A stretch of DNA of 64,000 nucleotides from the NCBI GenBank assembly GCA_934153675.1, contig CAKPFG010000002.1, positions 32,692 to 96,691 of the forward strand. The letters run 5' to 3'. Positions 9,684-17,696 of this stretch are shown piece after piece; the first letter of the stretch is position 1; every line of letters starts with the position of its first letter. The notes below the pieces were generated by a model. That model was not told the origin of the DNA and did no database searches. It was given only the letters and a program-made list of their open reading frames with translations. The position numbers were made by a program, and so were the translations under genes. Source of the stretch: an uncultured Bacilli bacterium. GTDB taxonomy: Bacteria; Bacillota_I; Bacilli_A; RF39; UBA660.

Positions 9684-10455
9684 TATGAATACCTTTTAAT
9701 ATTTCCATTTGACTATCAACCTTGACCGATTTATTAGTAGAATAGTCATCATTCCAACATTTTTGATTGAACCATGTTGAACCATGTTTTATAAACTTAC
9801 TATCAACTTTTTCTAATTTAATGTAATTAATATAATTCTTTAATCCTTGTGCAATTTCTTCATAAGTTGTTCCTTGTTTTCTAGCAAGTATATATTTATT
9901 TTTGGCTTGGTCTTTTCCTTTTTTATTAGGATAGTGTGACCATAGTTTTTCAAATTCTTCTTCATATTGTTTTTTTAATTCATTGTTATCAGAGGCAGGT
10001 AAAAGTGATTGCTCATTATTATTAACCTCATCTATACTATACTGACTTATACTATCCTGTCCTATCCTATCCTGTGTATCCATTTGGTATCCATTTGGTA
10101 TACCATTATTATTTTTTAATACATAACCATCATTAGGTTTTAAGTCTAACATTGCCTTTTCTTCTGTATATACAGTAGGCTTATATCTATCGTTTCTAAT
10201 ATAGTTGTGAATTTTCCAATGTTTAATAACAACAATTCCTTTATCAAATGGAATTATAAATTTTCTTAAAATTAAGATGTTCATATCATCGTTAGAAGCA
10301 CCACATATCTTCATTATTTTTTTAGGACTATTTACAAAACCATCATCATCGGCTCTCATTCCTAAATCATAGTAAAGTAGTCTTGCACTCATTGGCATTT
10401 CTAAAAATGCATCACTATCTATTATTGTTTTTGCAAACATTCTTCTTTCTGCCAT
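9661..10455 (-). CDS. Phage replisome organizer / replication initiation protein
   Basis: N-terminal MFAKTIIDSDAFLEMPMSARLLYYDLGMRADDDGFVN matches the phage replisome-organizer N-terminal domain; internal direct repeats (candidate ori). Confidence 0.7.
   Translation of the reverse strand: MAERRMFAKTIIDSDAFLEMPMSARLLYYDLGMRADDDGFVNSPKKIMKICGASNDDMNILILRKFIIPFDKGIVVIKHWKIHNYIRNDRYKPTVYTEEKAMLDLKPNDGYVLKNNNGIPNGYQMDTQDRIGQDSISQYSIDEVNNNEQSLLPASDNNELKKQYEEEFEKLWSHYPNKKGKDQAKNKYILARKQGTTYEEIAQGLKNYINYIKLEKVDSKFIKHGSTWFNQKCWNDDYSTNKSVKVDSQMEILKGIHNGTIKVN
10030..10105. repeat. Cluster of short direct repeats inside the replisome-organizer gene (candidate iterons / phage ori)
   Basis: tatactat x2, cctatcc/tcctgt repeats, tatccatttgg x2 in tandem. 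Confidence 0.4.
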
Positions 10456-10579
10456 TATGCCACCTACTTTACAATCTTTTTTTTAATTTCTTTATACATT
10501 GAAATAAGTAAAATACTTAATATAAACATCCCTAAACTAATTAAAATTACTGCTCCAAAAAACTTTAAAATACTTATAA

Positions 10580-10822
10580 TCATATATCTTCCACCTCCTC
10601 TAAATCCTTTACAAGGTGATAGATTGCATAACTTGTAGTATGACCATATCTATTTTTGCCTTGAACCATTTCAGTTTCTATTCCAAAACCTCTTTCTCGT
10701 AAAATAAATATTATTCCTGATAATCTAGTTGCTCCAAATCTTTTGATTGCCTCGTAAGAAGTGATTTGTTTATATTTTCTTAAATATGCGATTATTTCGG
10801 ATGTTTGACTCTTTTTACTCAT
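10580..10822 (-). CDS. Helix-turn-helix domain protein
   Basis: Small HTH-like ORF in early region. Confidence 0.45.
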   Translation of the reverse strand: MSKKSQTSEIIAYLRKYKQITSYEAIKRFGATRLSGIIFILRERGFGIETEMVQGKNRYGHTTSYAIYHLVKDLEEVEDI

Positions 10823-10824
10823 AA

Positions 10825-11022
10825 CTACACCCCCAAATAATCTGCAACTTCTTTACTACCTGTACAAACTTGGATAATTCCACCTTTACATGTGTAATTT
10901 CCTGCAGGTGTAGTTTTAGTTGTTTCTAAAGTAAATAATTGATATATAGCGATTGATACAATTGCACTTACAATTGCTACTAATGTATATTTAACCCATG
11001 GTCTTAATCTTCTTTTAGTCAT
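10825..11022 (-). CDS. Small membrane protein
   Basis: One TM helix. Confidence 0.35.
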   Translation of the reverse strand: MTKRRLRPWVKYTLVAIVSAIVSIAIYQLFTLETTKTTPAGNYTCKGGIIQVCTGSKEVADYLGV

Positions 11023-11206
11023 TTTTTTCTGCCTCCTTTATTCCTAAATATTGATAAAACATATCAGGGTAAATAATATAGTTCCATCTTTTATTTACTT
11101 TTACTGCCGAACCAAATGGCAATCTTCCTGTTTGTAATCCAACTCGAATAAATTGAGCAGATTTATGCATCAATGCAGATGCTTCTTTAATTGTGATTTT
11201 CTTCAT
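11015..11206 (-). CDS. Excisionase-like / HTH DNA-binding protein
   Basis: 63 aa, ITIKEASALMHKSAQFIRVGLQTGRLPFG (Xis/MerR-like HTH). Confidence 0.5.
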   Translation of the reverse strand: MKKITIKEASALMHKSAQFIRVGLQTGRLPFGSAVKVNKRWNYIIYPDMFYQYLGIKEAEKND

Positions 11207-11236
11207 AAAAAATCCATTCCTTTCTTATAATTTGTT

Positions 11237-11264
11237 TTTTGTTTTTTAGTTTGTCAGACTAATT
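11237..11264. repeat. Left arm of 28-bp perfect inverted repeat flanking the cro-cI module
   Basis: ttttgttttttagtttgtcagactaatt; reverse complement present at 12626-12653. Confidence 0.8.
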
Positions 11265-11499
11265 ATTGAGTTTTCTCAACTTTTTCTTTAAAAAAATATA
11301 ATGGGATATCATGTGCTTCAATATTTAATAACTTACTTGATTTAATGATTTCAGTTTGAGTAAATGAAACACCTTTAGATAATTTCTTGTATAAACTATA
11401 AGTAGATATTCCCAACTGCTCTGCAAATGATGATTGTGTATTAAATACTTCACGAATTTTACCTTTTAATTTACTATAATCAAATTCTAGTTTCATCAT
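11263..11499 (-). CDS. cro: Cro-like XRE-family repressor
   Basis: 78 aa HTH (SFAEQLGISTYSLYKKLSKG), divergent from cI. Confidence 0.7.
   Translation of the reverse strand: MMKLEFDYSKLKGKIREVFNTQSSFAEQLGISTYSLYKKLSKGVSFTQTEIIKSSKLLNIEAHDIPLYFFKEKVEKTQ
11266..11280. promoter_or_regulatory. Operator-like site TTGAGTTTTCTCAAC (copy 1, downstream of cro)
   Basis: 15-bp palindromic site identical to copy in cro-cI intergenic region. Confidence 0.55.
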
Positions 11500-11676
11500 C
11501 TTTCACCTCCCTCTATCTTGTTGAGTTTTCTCAACTACAATAAAAGTATAGCAAAATAATTTTTAAATTACAATAGAAAAAATGATTTTTCTCAACTTTT
11601 TTATTTTTTTTGATATCTTTTGTTGATTTTTCTTAATTTTATGTTTATAATAATTAATGTAAAGAGGTGGTATTTT
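11500..11676. promoter_or_regulatory. cro-cI divergent promoter/operator region with operator copies at 11521-11535 (TTGAGTTTTCTCAAC) and 11582-11596 (ATGATTTTTCTCAAC)
   Basis: Repeated palindromic sites between divergent repressor genes. Confidence 0.65.
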
Positions 11677-12366
11677 GTGATTGTAGATACATTTGCAAGT
11701 AGGTTAAATATTGCAATGAAAGAATGTAAAATGAAGCAGGTTGACTTGGCAAATAAGACAGGAATAGATAAATCTCTTATAAGTAACTATTTGTCAGGAA
11801 ACTATCAAGCCAAACAAAACAACATTTATAAATTAGCAAAAGTATTAAATGTTAGTGAGAGTTGGTTGATGGGATACGATGTTGACATGGATAGAGAATG
11901 GTTTGATGATAAAGAACCATCTGAAATATCAATTGACAATGCTATATATCTAGAAGCAACTACAAAGACAGTTAAAATACCTCTACTTGGCAAAGTTCCT
12001 GCAGGTATACCTATTGAAGCAATAGAAGATATAATCGGTTATGAAGATATTCCTTATAAATGGGTACAAAATGGTACTAGATACTTTGCTCTTAAAGTTG
12101 ATGGAAATAGTATGTATCCTGATTATCATACAGGCGATACAATAATAATTAAACAACAACCTGATTGTGAGTCAGGTGATGACTGTGTTGTTATGGTAAA
12201 TGGTGATGATGCAACATTTAAAAGAGTCATTAAACAAGAAAAGAGTATAATATTGAAGCCATTAAACAATGAATATGAACCATATTTATTTAATGAATAC
12301 GATATATTAACAAAACCTGTTAAAATCGTAGGTGTAGCAGTAGAAGTAAGAAGAAAGTTGAGGTAA
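11677..12366 (+). CDS. cI: CI-like repressor: XRE HTH + S24 (LexA-like) peptidase domain; start GTG 11677 or ATG 11716
   Basis: N-terminal HTH (QVDLANKTGIDKSLISNYLSG), C-terminal GNSMYPDYHTGD...K S24 motifs. Confidence 0.85.
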   Translation: MIVDTFASRLNIAMKECKMKQVDLANKTGIDKSLISNYLSGNYQAKQNNIYKLAKVLNVSESWLMGYDVDMDREWFDDKEPSEISIDNAIYLEATTKTVKIPLLGKVPAGIPIEAIEDIIGYEDIPYKWVQNGTRYFALKVDGNSMYPDYHTGDTIIIKQQPDCESGDDCVVMVNGDDATFKRVIKQEKSIILKPLNNEYEPYLFNEYDILTKPVKIVGVAVEVRRKLR

Positions 12367-12625
12367 TTATATGGGTGCTAGAGTAAGAACAATTAATAAA
12401 ATCGGAAATGGTAGATATTTTACTACAAGTTGGAAAGTAAGCGACTACTTAATATGTAATATATTATATTTTGTATTCTTCTACTCTTATTTTTTAATTT
12501 TTAAATATTTATTCTATGTTCCAATTAAATGGTGTGTAGTAAAGATAATTGATATTTTTAAATCCAAAAAACAATCATAAAAAAAAGACCTACTGCTCGA
12601 ACAGTAAGTCAAATGAAAAATCACA

Positions 12626-12653
12626 ATTAGTCTGACAAACTAAAAAACAAAAT
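12626..12653. repeat. Right arm of 28-bp perfect inverted repeat flanking the cro-cI module
   Basis: aattagtctgacaaactaaaaaacaaaa = reverse complement of 11237-11264. Confidence 0.8.
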
Positions 12654-12736
12654 ATAAGATATAATGTTATGGATTTTTCTATTTCATTATATCAAATATT
12701 CACCGAAAACACAATGGAAATGGAGGATTTTGATAG

Positions 12737-13780
12737 ATGAAATTACCTAATTCTTTCGGCTCTGTACAGAAGTTGAGTGGTAATAGAAGAAAACCTTATC
12801 GAGTAGTCAAAACTGTTGGATGGGATGAAAATGGAAAACAAATCAGAAAGACTATTGGATATTATGAAACTAGAACCCTCGCATTACAGGAATTAGCCTT
12901 ATTTAATGAAAAACCTTATGATATAGATGCAAGAAATATTACAGTAGATGAATTACATCAAAAATGGCAAAATGAGAAATATCCTAAAATAGCATATAAG
13001 ACTCAACAAGTATATAATATGTGTTGGAATTATTGTCAAGATGTTAAGGATATGGCATTTGTAGATATCAGATTAAATCATTTACAAGCAATCGTTGATG
13101 GTATGGGTAATAAATGGTCTGCTAAAAAGGCATTTAAGATATTATGGCATCAGATGTACGATTATGCTATTAAAAATGATATGGATGTAAGAAAGTATTC
13201 AGAATACATCGATATAGGCAAAAAAACCACTAAATTAGTGCGAATACCATTTGAAGAGGATGAAATAGACAAGTTATGGGATAATGTCGCTAGAATGGAC
13301 TTTATTGACACGATATTAATACTAATATATACAGGAATGAGAGTCGGCGAACTTTTAGATATTAAAGTAGAAAATGTTCATATAAACGAAAAATATATGG
13401 TTGGTGGCTCTAAAACCGAGGCAGGTAAAAATAGAGTCATACCATTCCATGAGAGAATAGTACCATTAGTAAAGAAATGGTATGATAATGCAATTAAAAA
13501 TGGTAGTGAATACCTAATATACAATCACGAATATAAACAAATGAAATATTGGAACTATTATCATGAGAAATGGGAAAAGATTATAGAACAATTAGAGTTT
13601 AGTCCTGAACATAAGCCTCACGATACTAGACATACATTCTCTACTCGTATGGATAGAACAAATGCTAATAAATTATGTATAAAAAGAATACTAGGACATG
13701 CTAGTAAGGATATTACTGATAAAGTATATACACATAAAGACATTGATGACCTATTAGAAGCAGTTAATATGTTAGAATAA
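12737..13780 (+). CDS. int: Phage integrase (tyrosine recombinase)
   Basis: 347 aa; HDTRHTFSTRM ... ILGHASKDITDKVYTH catalytic signature; N-terminal arm-type domain. Confidence 0.9.
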   Translation: MKLPNSFGSVQKLSGNRRKPYRVVKTVGWDENGKQIRKTIGYYETRTLALQELALFNEKPYDIDARNITVDELHQKWQNEKYPKIAYKTQQVYNMCWNYCQDVKDMAFVDIRLNHLQAIVDGMGNKWSAKKAFKILWHQMYDYAIKNDMDVRKYSEYIDIGKKTTKLVRIPFEEDEIDKLWDNVARMDFIDTILILIYTGMRVGELLDIKVENVHINEKYMVGGSKTEAGKNRVIPFHERIVPLVKKWYDNAIKNGSEYLIYNHEYKQMKYWNYYHEKWEKIIEQLEFSPEHKPHDTRHTFSTRMDRTNANKLCIKRILGHASKDITDKVYTHKDIDDLLEAVNMLE

Positions 13781-13842
13781 CTGCTTTTTTTATGAAAAAA
13801 ATAAAAAAATTCACTTAAATTATCACTTTATGATTGACAACT

Positions 13843-13875
13843 ACCTAGGTAGTATGGTACAATTAGTATGTAATC
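13843..13875 (+). promoter_or_regulatory. Sigma-A-like promoter (TTGACA-18-TACAAT) with perfect 12-bp palindrome CTACCTAGGTAG in the spacer
   Basis: ttgacaactacctaggtagtatggtacaat. Confidence 0.55.
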
Positions 13876-13910
13876 AAGAAAGATTACAAATAAAAAAGAA
13901 AGGAGGTCAA

Positions 13911-14015
13911 GATGACAATTTCATTAAAGGTTATCAATATAAAGATAACAAAAAAAGGAATAACCTTAAAACTCGAGTTAGGCATTCCCTTTGGTATTAG
14001 CAAGAGTGGTAAATA
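13911..14015 (+). CDS. Small hypothetical protein (34 aa) with strong RBS
   Basis: aaaggaggtcaag ATG; MTISLKVINIKITKKGITLKLELGIPFGISKSGK. Confidence 0.4.
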
Positions 14016-14070
14016 AACCACTCCTCCTGCTAGTAATAATACCATAAATAATGAGATTTGTCAAAAGTCT

Positions 14071-14439
14071 ATGGAAAAGTCAAAAAAAACTAAATACGAT
14101 ATAGAGTATCGTAAAAAACACAAAGTGCAATTTAATGTAGATTTAAACAAAGAAGAAATGCAATCTCTTAATGAGGCACTTAAAGCATCAGGAACTAGAA
14201 AGGCAGACTTTTTAAGAAAAGCAATTAGAAAAGAATGCAGAGAAAATAATATCTTATACTTTGATAGAGTCGCTAATTGTGATTGGTGTGGTAAAAGAGA
14301 TTATGTATCTATTACTCACTATGGAACATCACACTATAACAGATTAATATGTAGTGATTGTGCTAATGATATTATCCAACATCATAAGAATATAGATGGC
14401 ACTACTCCATCATGGTATAGACCTGATGATGAGGACTAA
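14071..14439 (+). CDS. Hypothetical zinc-ribbon protein (prophage-end accessory gene)
   Basis: CDWCGK...CSDC motif; followed by terminator. Confidence 0.5.
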   Translation: MEKSKKTKYDIEYRKKHKVQFNVDLNKEEMQSLNEALKASGTRKADFLRKAIRKECRENNILYFDRVANCDWCGKRDYVSITHYGTSHYNRLICSDCANDIIQHHKNIDGTTPSWYRPDDED

Positions 14440-14446
14440 TTAAAAA

Positions 14447-14480
14447 TGGCTAGGAATATATCCTAGTCTTTTTATTTTTT
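14447..14480 (+). terminator. Rho-independent terminator
   Basis: ggctaggaatatatcctagtc hairpin + T-run. Confidence 0.6.
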
Positions 14481-14481
14481 G

Positions 14482-14514
14482 TGTGTGCTACTTGTGTGCT
14501 ACTTGTGTGCTACA
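14482..14514. repeat. 3 x 11-bp tandem repeat (tgtgtgctact) between prophage end and rpsI
   Basis: tgtgtgctact tgtgtgctact tgtgtgctaca. Confidence 0.8.
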
Positions 14515-14555
14515 TACTAGATTTAATGAGATTTATTGAGTATCTTAATATAAGA

Positions 14556-14592
14556 AAAACCCCATAAACATTGAGTTTATGAGGTTCGTAAT
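14556..14592 (-). terminator. Terminator of rplM-rpsI operon
   Basis: ccccataaac...gtttatgagg hairpin followed by T-run on minus strand. Confidence 0.55.
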
Positions 14593-14603
14593 AGGTATGT
14601 TTC

Positions 14604-15014
14604 CTATCGTTTTGAGAATTGTGGTGCACGACGTGCTGCTTTTAGACCCGGTTTCTTTCTTTCCTTACTTCTTGGATCTCTTGTAACAAAACCTGCTCTT
14701 TTTAATATTTTTCTATAACTATCTTCATTTTCTTCATTAGCCTTATCATATTCCAATAAAGCACGAGTAATTGCTAATCTAATAGCTCCTGTTTGACCGG
14801 TGAATCCACCACCGTTAACTTTTACGTCTATATCAAATGTTTTTTCATTATTTGTAGTTACTAATGGTTGCATTAAATCCATTACATTTGTTTCATGTGG
14901 CATGAATTCTCTAACATCTCTACCATTAATTGTGATCTTACCAGTTCCTGAAGTCATTTTAACTTGAGCAACTGCAGACTTTCTTCTTCCTGTTGCAGTA
15001 AATATTTTAGCCAT
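14604..15014 (-). CDS. rpsI: 30S ribosomal protein S9
   Basis: [10 protein letters not shown] ... [17 protein letters not shown]. Confidence 0.95.
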   Translation of the reverse strand: MAKIFTATGRRKSAVAQVKMTSGTGKITINGRDVREFMPHETNVMDLMQPLVTTNNEKTFDIDVKVNGGGFTGQTGAIRLAITRALLEYDKANEENEDSYRKILKRAGFVTRDPRSKERKKPGLKAARRAPQFSKR

Positions 15015-15023
15015 AAATTCCTC

Positions 15024-15458
15024 CTATTTAACTTCCATAACAGCTGGTTTTTGTGCCATGTGTGGGTGAGTTTCACCACTATAAACAAATAACTTCTTTG
15101 ACATTTGACGACCTAATCTATTATGAGGAAGCATACCCTTAATAGCTCTTTCTACCATTTCTACTGGATATTTTTCCTTCATTTCACGAGCTGTTCTTTC
15201 TCTTAATCCACCAGTATATCCACTGTGATTATAATAAATTTTATTATCTAACTTATTACCAGTTAAATTTACCTTTGAAGCATTAATTACTATTACAAAG
15301 TCTCCACAATCTACATGAGGTGTATAAGTTGGTTTATGTTTACCACGTAGTACAGTTGCTACTTTAGTTGCTAAACGGCCCAAAGAAATGCCTTCTGCAT
15401 CTACAACATACCAATTACGCACAACATCTTCTTTTTTTTGCATAAATGAATTTTTCAT
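15024..15458 (-). CDS. rplM: 50S ribosomal protein L13 (start at internal Met of listed ORF)
   Basis: [29 protein letters not shown]. Confidence 0.95.
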   Translation of the reverse strand: MKNSFMQKKEDVVRNWYVVDAEGISLGRLATKVATVLRGKHKPTYTPHVDCGDFVIVINASKVNLTGNKLDNKIYYNHSGYTGGLRERTAREMKEKYPVEMVERAIKGMLPHNRLGRQMSKKLFVYSGETHPHMAQKPAVMEVK

Positions 15459-15741
15459 ACTATTTTCCTTTCTCCATTTATTAATAAGTTTTCCCACAAC
15501 TTATTAAACTGGGAATTAAATGTACCAATTAAAATAATACTAAAAATATAAATAAAAGTCAATAATTTACGTGTTTTTTTTTAATATTTAAGTTTAATTT
15601 CCAATAAGTACTTATAAAGTAACTTAAAACATAAATAAAAGTCAACTAATTATATATAATTATCTCTATTATAAAAACATTTATAATTATTCTTAAAAAA
15701 AGACTATTAACAAAAAATACATTGTAAATAGTCCTTTTACA

Positions 15742-16194
15742 CTAAATATTATAATTATCTTTTTCTATTTTTACTACTCTTCTTTTTTCCTCTAGCATGT
15801 AATTACTAACACTATTTTGAATTTCTGCTAAAGCTCTTTTATCAATATTATTGATAATAACTTGTTCCTTTATAGTATCAATAAATACTTTCCCCCAAAT
15901 CATACCAGATTGCACGGATAAATCATTAAACATTTCCGGTGTTACCGAAATAAAATAATATCCAAATAAAAGTCTTTTTTCTGCAACAAGTATTCTTTTA
16001 TTAGTTAATGCTACCAAATACGTAGAAAAAATATCACCAAAAAATTGACTTTTTTGTCCTTCAAATACATATAGTATAGATTCATCAGCCGCTAAATGCT
16101 TTTTGATAACTTTACTATGACTATTTAATCGCCATGCGACCGTTAAAGGATACTTCTTTTTAAATATTTTTGCCTGTTCACATACATAGTTCAT
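15742..16194 (-). CDS. Bacterial PH-domain (YdbT/DUF304-like) protein
   Basis: 150 aa, PH-like pattern. Confidence 0.45.
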   Translation of the reverse strand: MNYVCEQAKIFKKKYPLTVAWRLNSHSKVIKKHLAADESILYVFEGQKSQFFGDIFSTYLVALTNKRILVAEKRLLFGYYFISVTPEMFNDLSVQSGMIWGKVFIDTIKEQVIINNIDKRALAEIQNSVSNYMLEEKRRVVKIEKDNYNI

Positions 16195-16203
16195 AATATC
16201 TCC

Positions 16204-17034
16204 TTATTCAGAAATAATTCCATATTTTTTAAATTGTCTTGTGAAATAACTTGGTGGATTTTCACCTTCTATACTGCCCTCTATATGTTCATTTTTAACA
16301 ATTATAGTTAATGGTGTCCCTAAATTATCTGCATCAGTATATCCCATATTTTTTAAACTTGCAATTAAATCTGTTTGATCATCTGCTGACATATCAGTTA
16401 AATTTAAATAATTAATTGTTATATCATTATTTTTTGCAACTCTACTCAATACTGGTTTTACTGCAATACAATGACTACAAGTAGTTTGTCCAATAACAAT
16501 TACAGTAGGTTCTGATTTTTTTGTTAACTCTTTATATTTATCATATGTTATAAACGTTAAATCTTCTTCTGGTTTATACGTTGCATCATCACTTAAAACT
16601 TTATTTTTCTTGAAAAATTCTACAGTATTTTGTCCATCCATATATCCAACATTAACATCAATAACTTCGTCATTTTTTACAACGGCAATTGTTGGCGTTG
16701 AACCCTCAACATCAAGAACCCTTAAAATTTCTTTTTTATCATCTGATGAAAGCTTTGTAGCATCAATATATAAATAATCAAGATTATAATCTTTTTTTAT
16801 CTGTTTCATTATAGGAGTTTGTAACTCACAATAACTACAAGATGAACTACCATAGTATATAACAGTTTCATCCTTACTACCCATACTTTTATAAAAACTA
16901 TCTAATATCTCAGTTGATTCTTTAGTACTTTTTTTACTTTTATTATTAGATGTAATAAATCCCATTATTAAAGCAATCAAAGCAAGAAGGGCAACTGTAA
17001 TTATTCCTATTGTTTGAATATTAATTTTCTTCAT
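16204..17034 (-). CDS. Membrane-anchored tandem thioredoxin-fold thiol-disulfide oxidoreductase
   Basis: N-terminal TM, two CxxC active sites (CSYC, CSHC). Confidence 0.65.
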   Translation of the reverse strand: MKKINIQTIGIITVALLALIALIMGFITSNNKSKKSTKESTEILDSFYKSMGSKDETVIYYGSSSCSYCELQTPIMKQIKKDYNLDYLYIDATKLSSDDKKEILRVLDVEGSTPTIAVVKNDEVIDVNVGYMDGQNTVEFFKKNKVLSDDATYKPEEDLTFITYDKYKELTKKSEPTVIVIGQTTCSHCIAVKPVLSRVAKNNDITINYLNLTDMSADDQTDLIASLKNMGYTDADNLGTPLTIIVKNEHIEGSIEGENPPSYFTRQFKKYGIISE

Positions 17035-17459
17035 ATTAAAATACCTTCCTTCTTAATATAATTAGTATAACACATTTTATAAAAATTTGCATTTTATTTT
17101 GATATTTTCATATATTATTCATAAAAAAAGTAAAGATTTAAAATTTATATATAATATTTAACCATATTATATAATAAAAATTCACTTTAAAATAATATTG
17201 AAAATATAAAGATTTTTTATAAGTTCATTATACAATAACTTTAAATAATTTATTTTTGTTATACTATATAATAAATCTAACAGTCCATTACTTCTATTAT
17301 TCAGTCTCTATGATTATATTTTCATCTTTATCTATATTAGCTTTTACTATTTCTCAAGTTACTCCTTTTAATCTGGTTAAATTTTGTTCATCTGTTAAAG
17401 TACAATCAGTTAATGAAAATATTAATCCAAACATAAATAATAATATACCAATTTTTTTA

Positions 17460-17693
17460 TTATTTACCTACTATTATACTAATTACTTTATAATCTAATT
17501 TAGCAATTGCATTATTAATATCTTGATTATTAATATTAATTTTTGAATAAATAATTGCTATTTTATCCTTCAAACTTACTTTTACTTTAAAAACTCCTTT
17601 CAACGCTAATAAAGACGCCTCTACTTTAGATTTACAATGTTCACACATCATACCTTCAATAGTAACTATTTTCTTAAATTTTTTACAAAACAT
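17460..17693 (-). CDS. copZ: Copper chaperone CopZ (heavy-metal-associated domain)
   Basis: GMMCEHC metal-binding motif. Confidence 0.8.
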   Translation of the reverse strand: MFCKKFKKIVTIEGMMCEHCKSKVEASLLALKGVFKVKVSLKDKIAIIYSKININNQDINNAIAKLDYKVISIIVGK

Positions 17694-17696
17694 TGA

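Larger units (their letters stand above)
1..14450. mobile_element. Prophage (right portion; continues beyond window start): structural/packaging, replication, lysis-lysogeny switch, integrase
   Basis: Contiguous minus-strand phage genes (portal, TerL, TerS, HNH, replisome organizer, cro) plus divergent cI-like repressor and integrase next to rpsI. Confidence 0.85.

Noticed and set aside
12371-12580. ORF 12371-12580 after cI
   Set aside because: Low-complexity hydrophobic translation, overlaps the cI terminator/inverted-repeat region; likely noncoding.
14482-14514. Possible CRISPR array
   Set aside because: Only three contiguous 11-bp units with no spacers and no cas genes; a simple tandem repeat.
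17340-17458. Small lipoprotein-like ORF downstream of copZ (…KKIGILLFMFGLIFSLTDC…)
   Set aside because: No plausible start codon upstream of the hydrophobic segment, and the lipobox is atypical (Asp at -1); likely noncoding.
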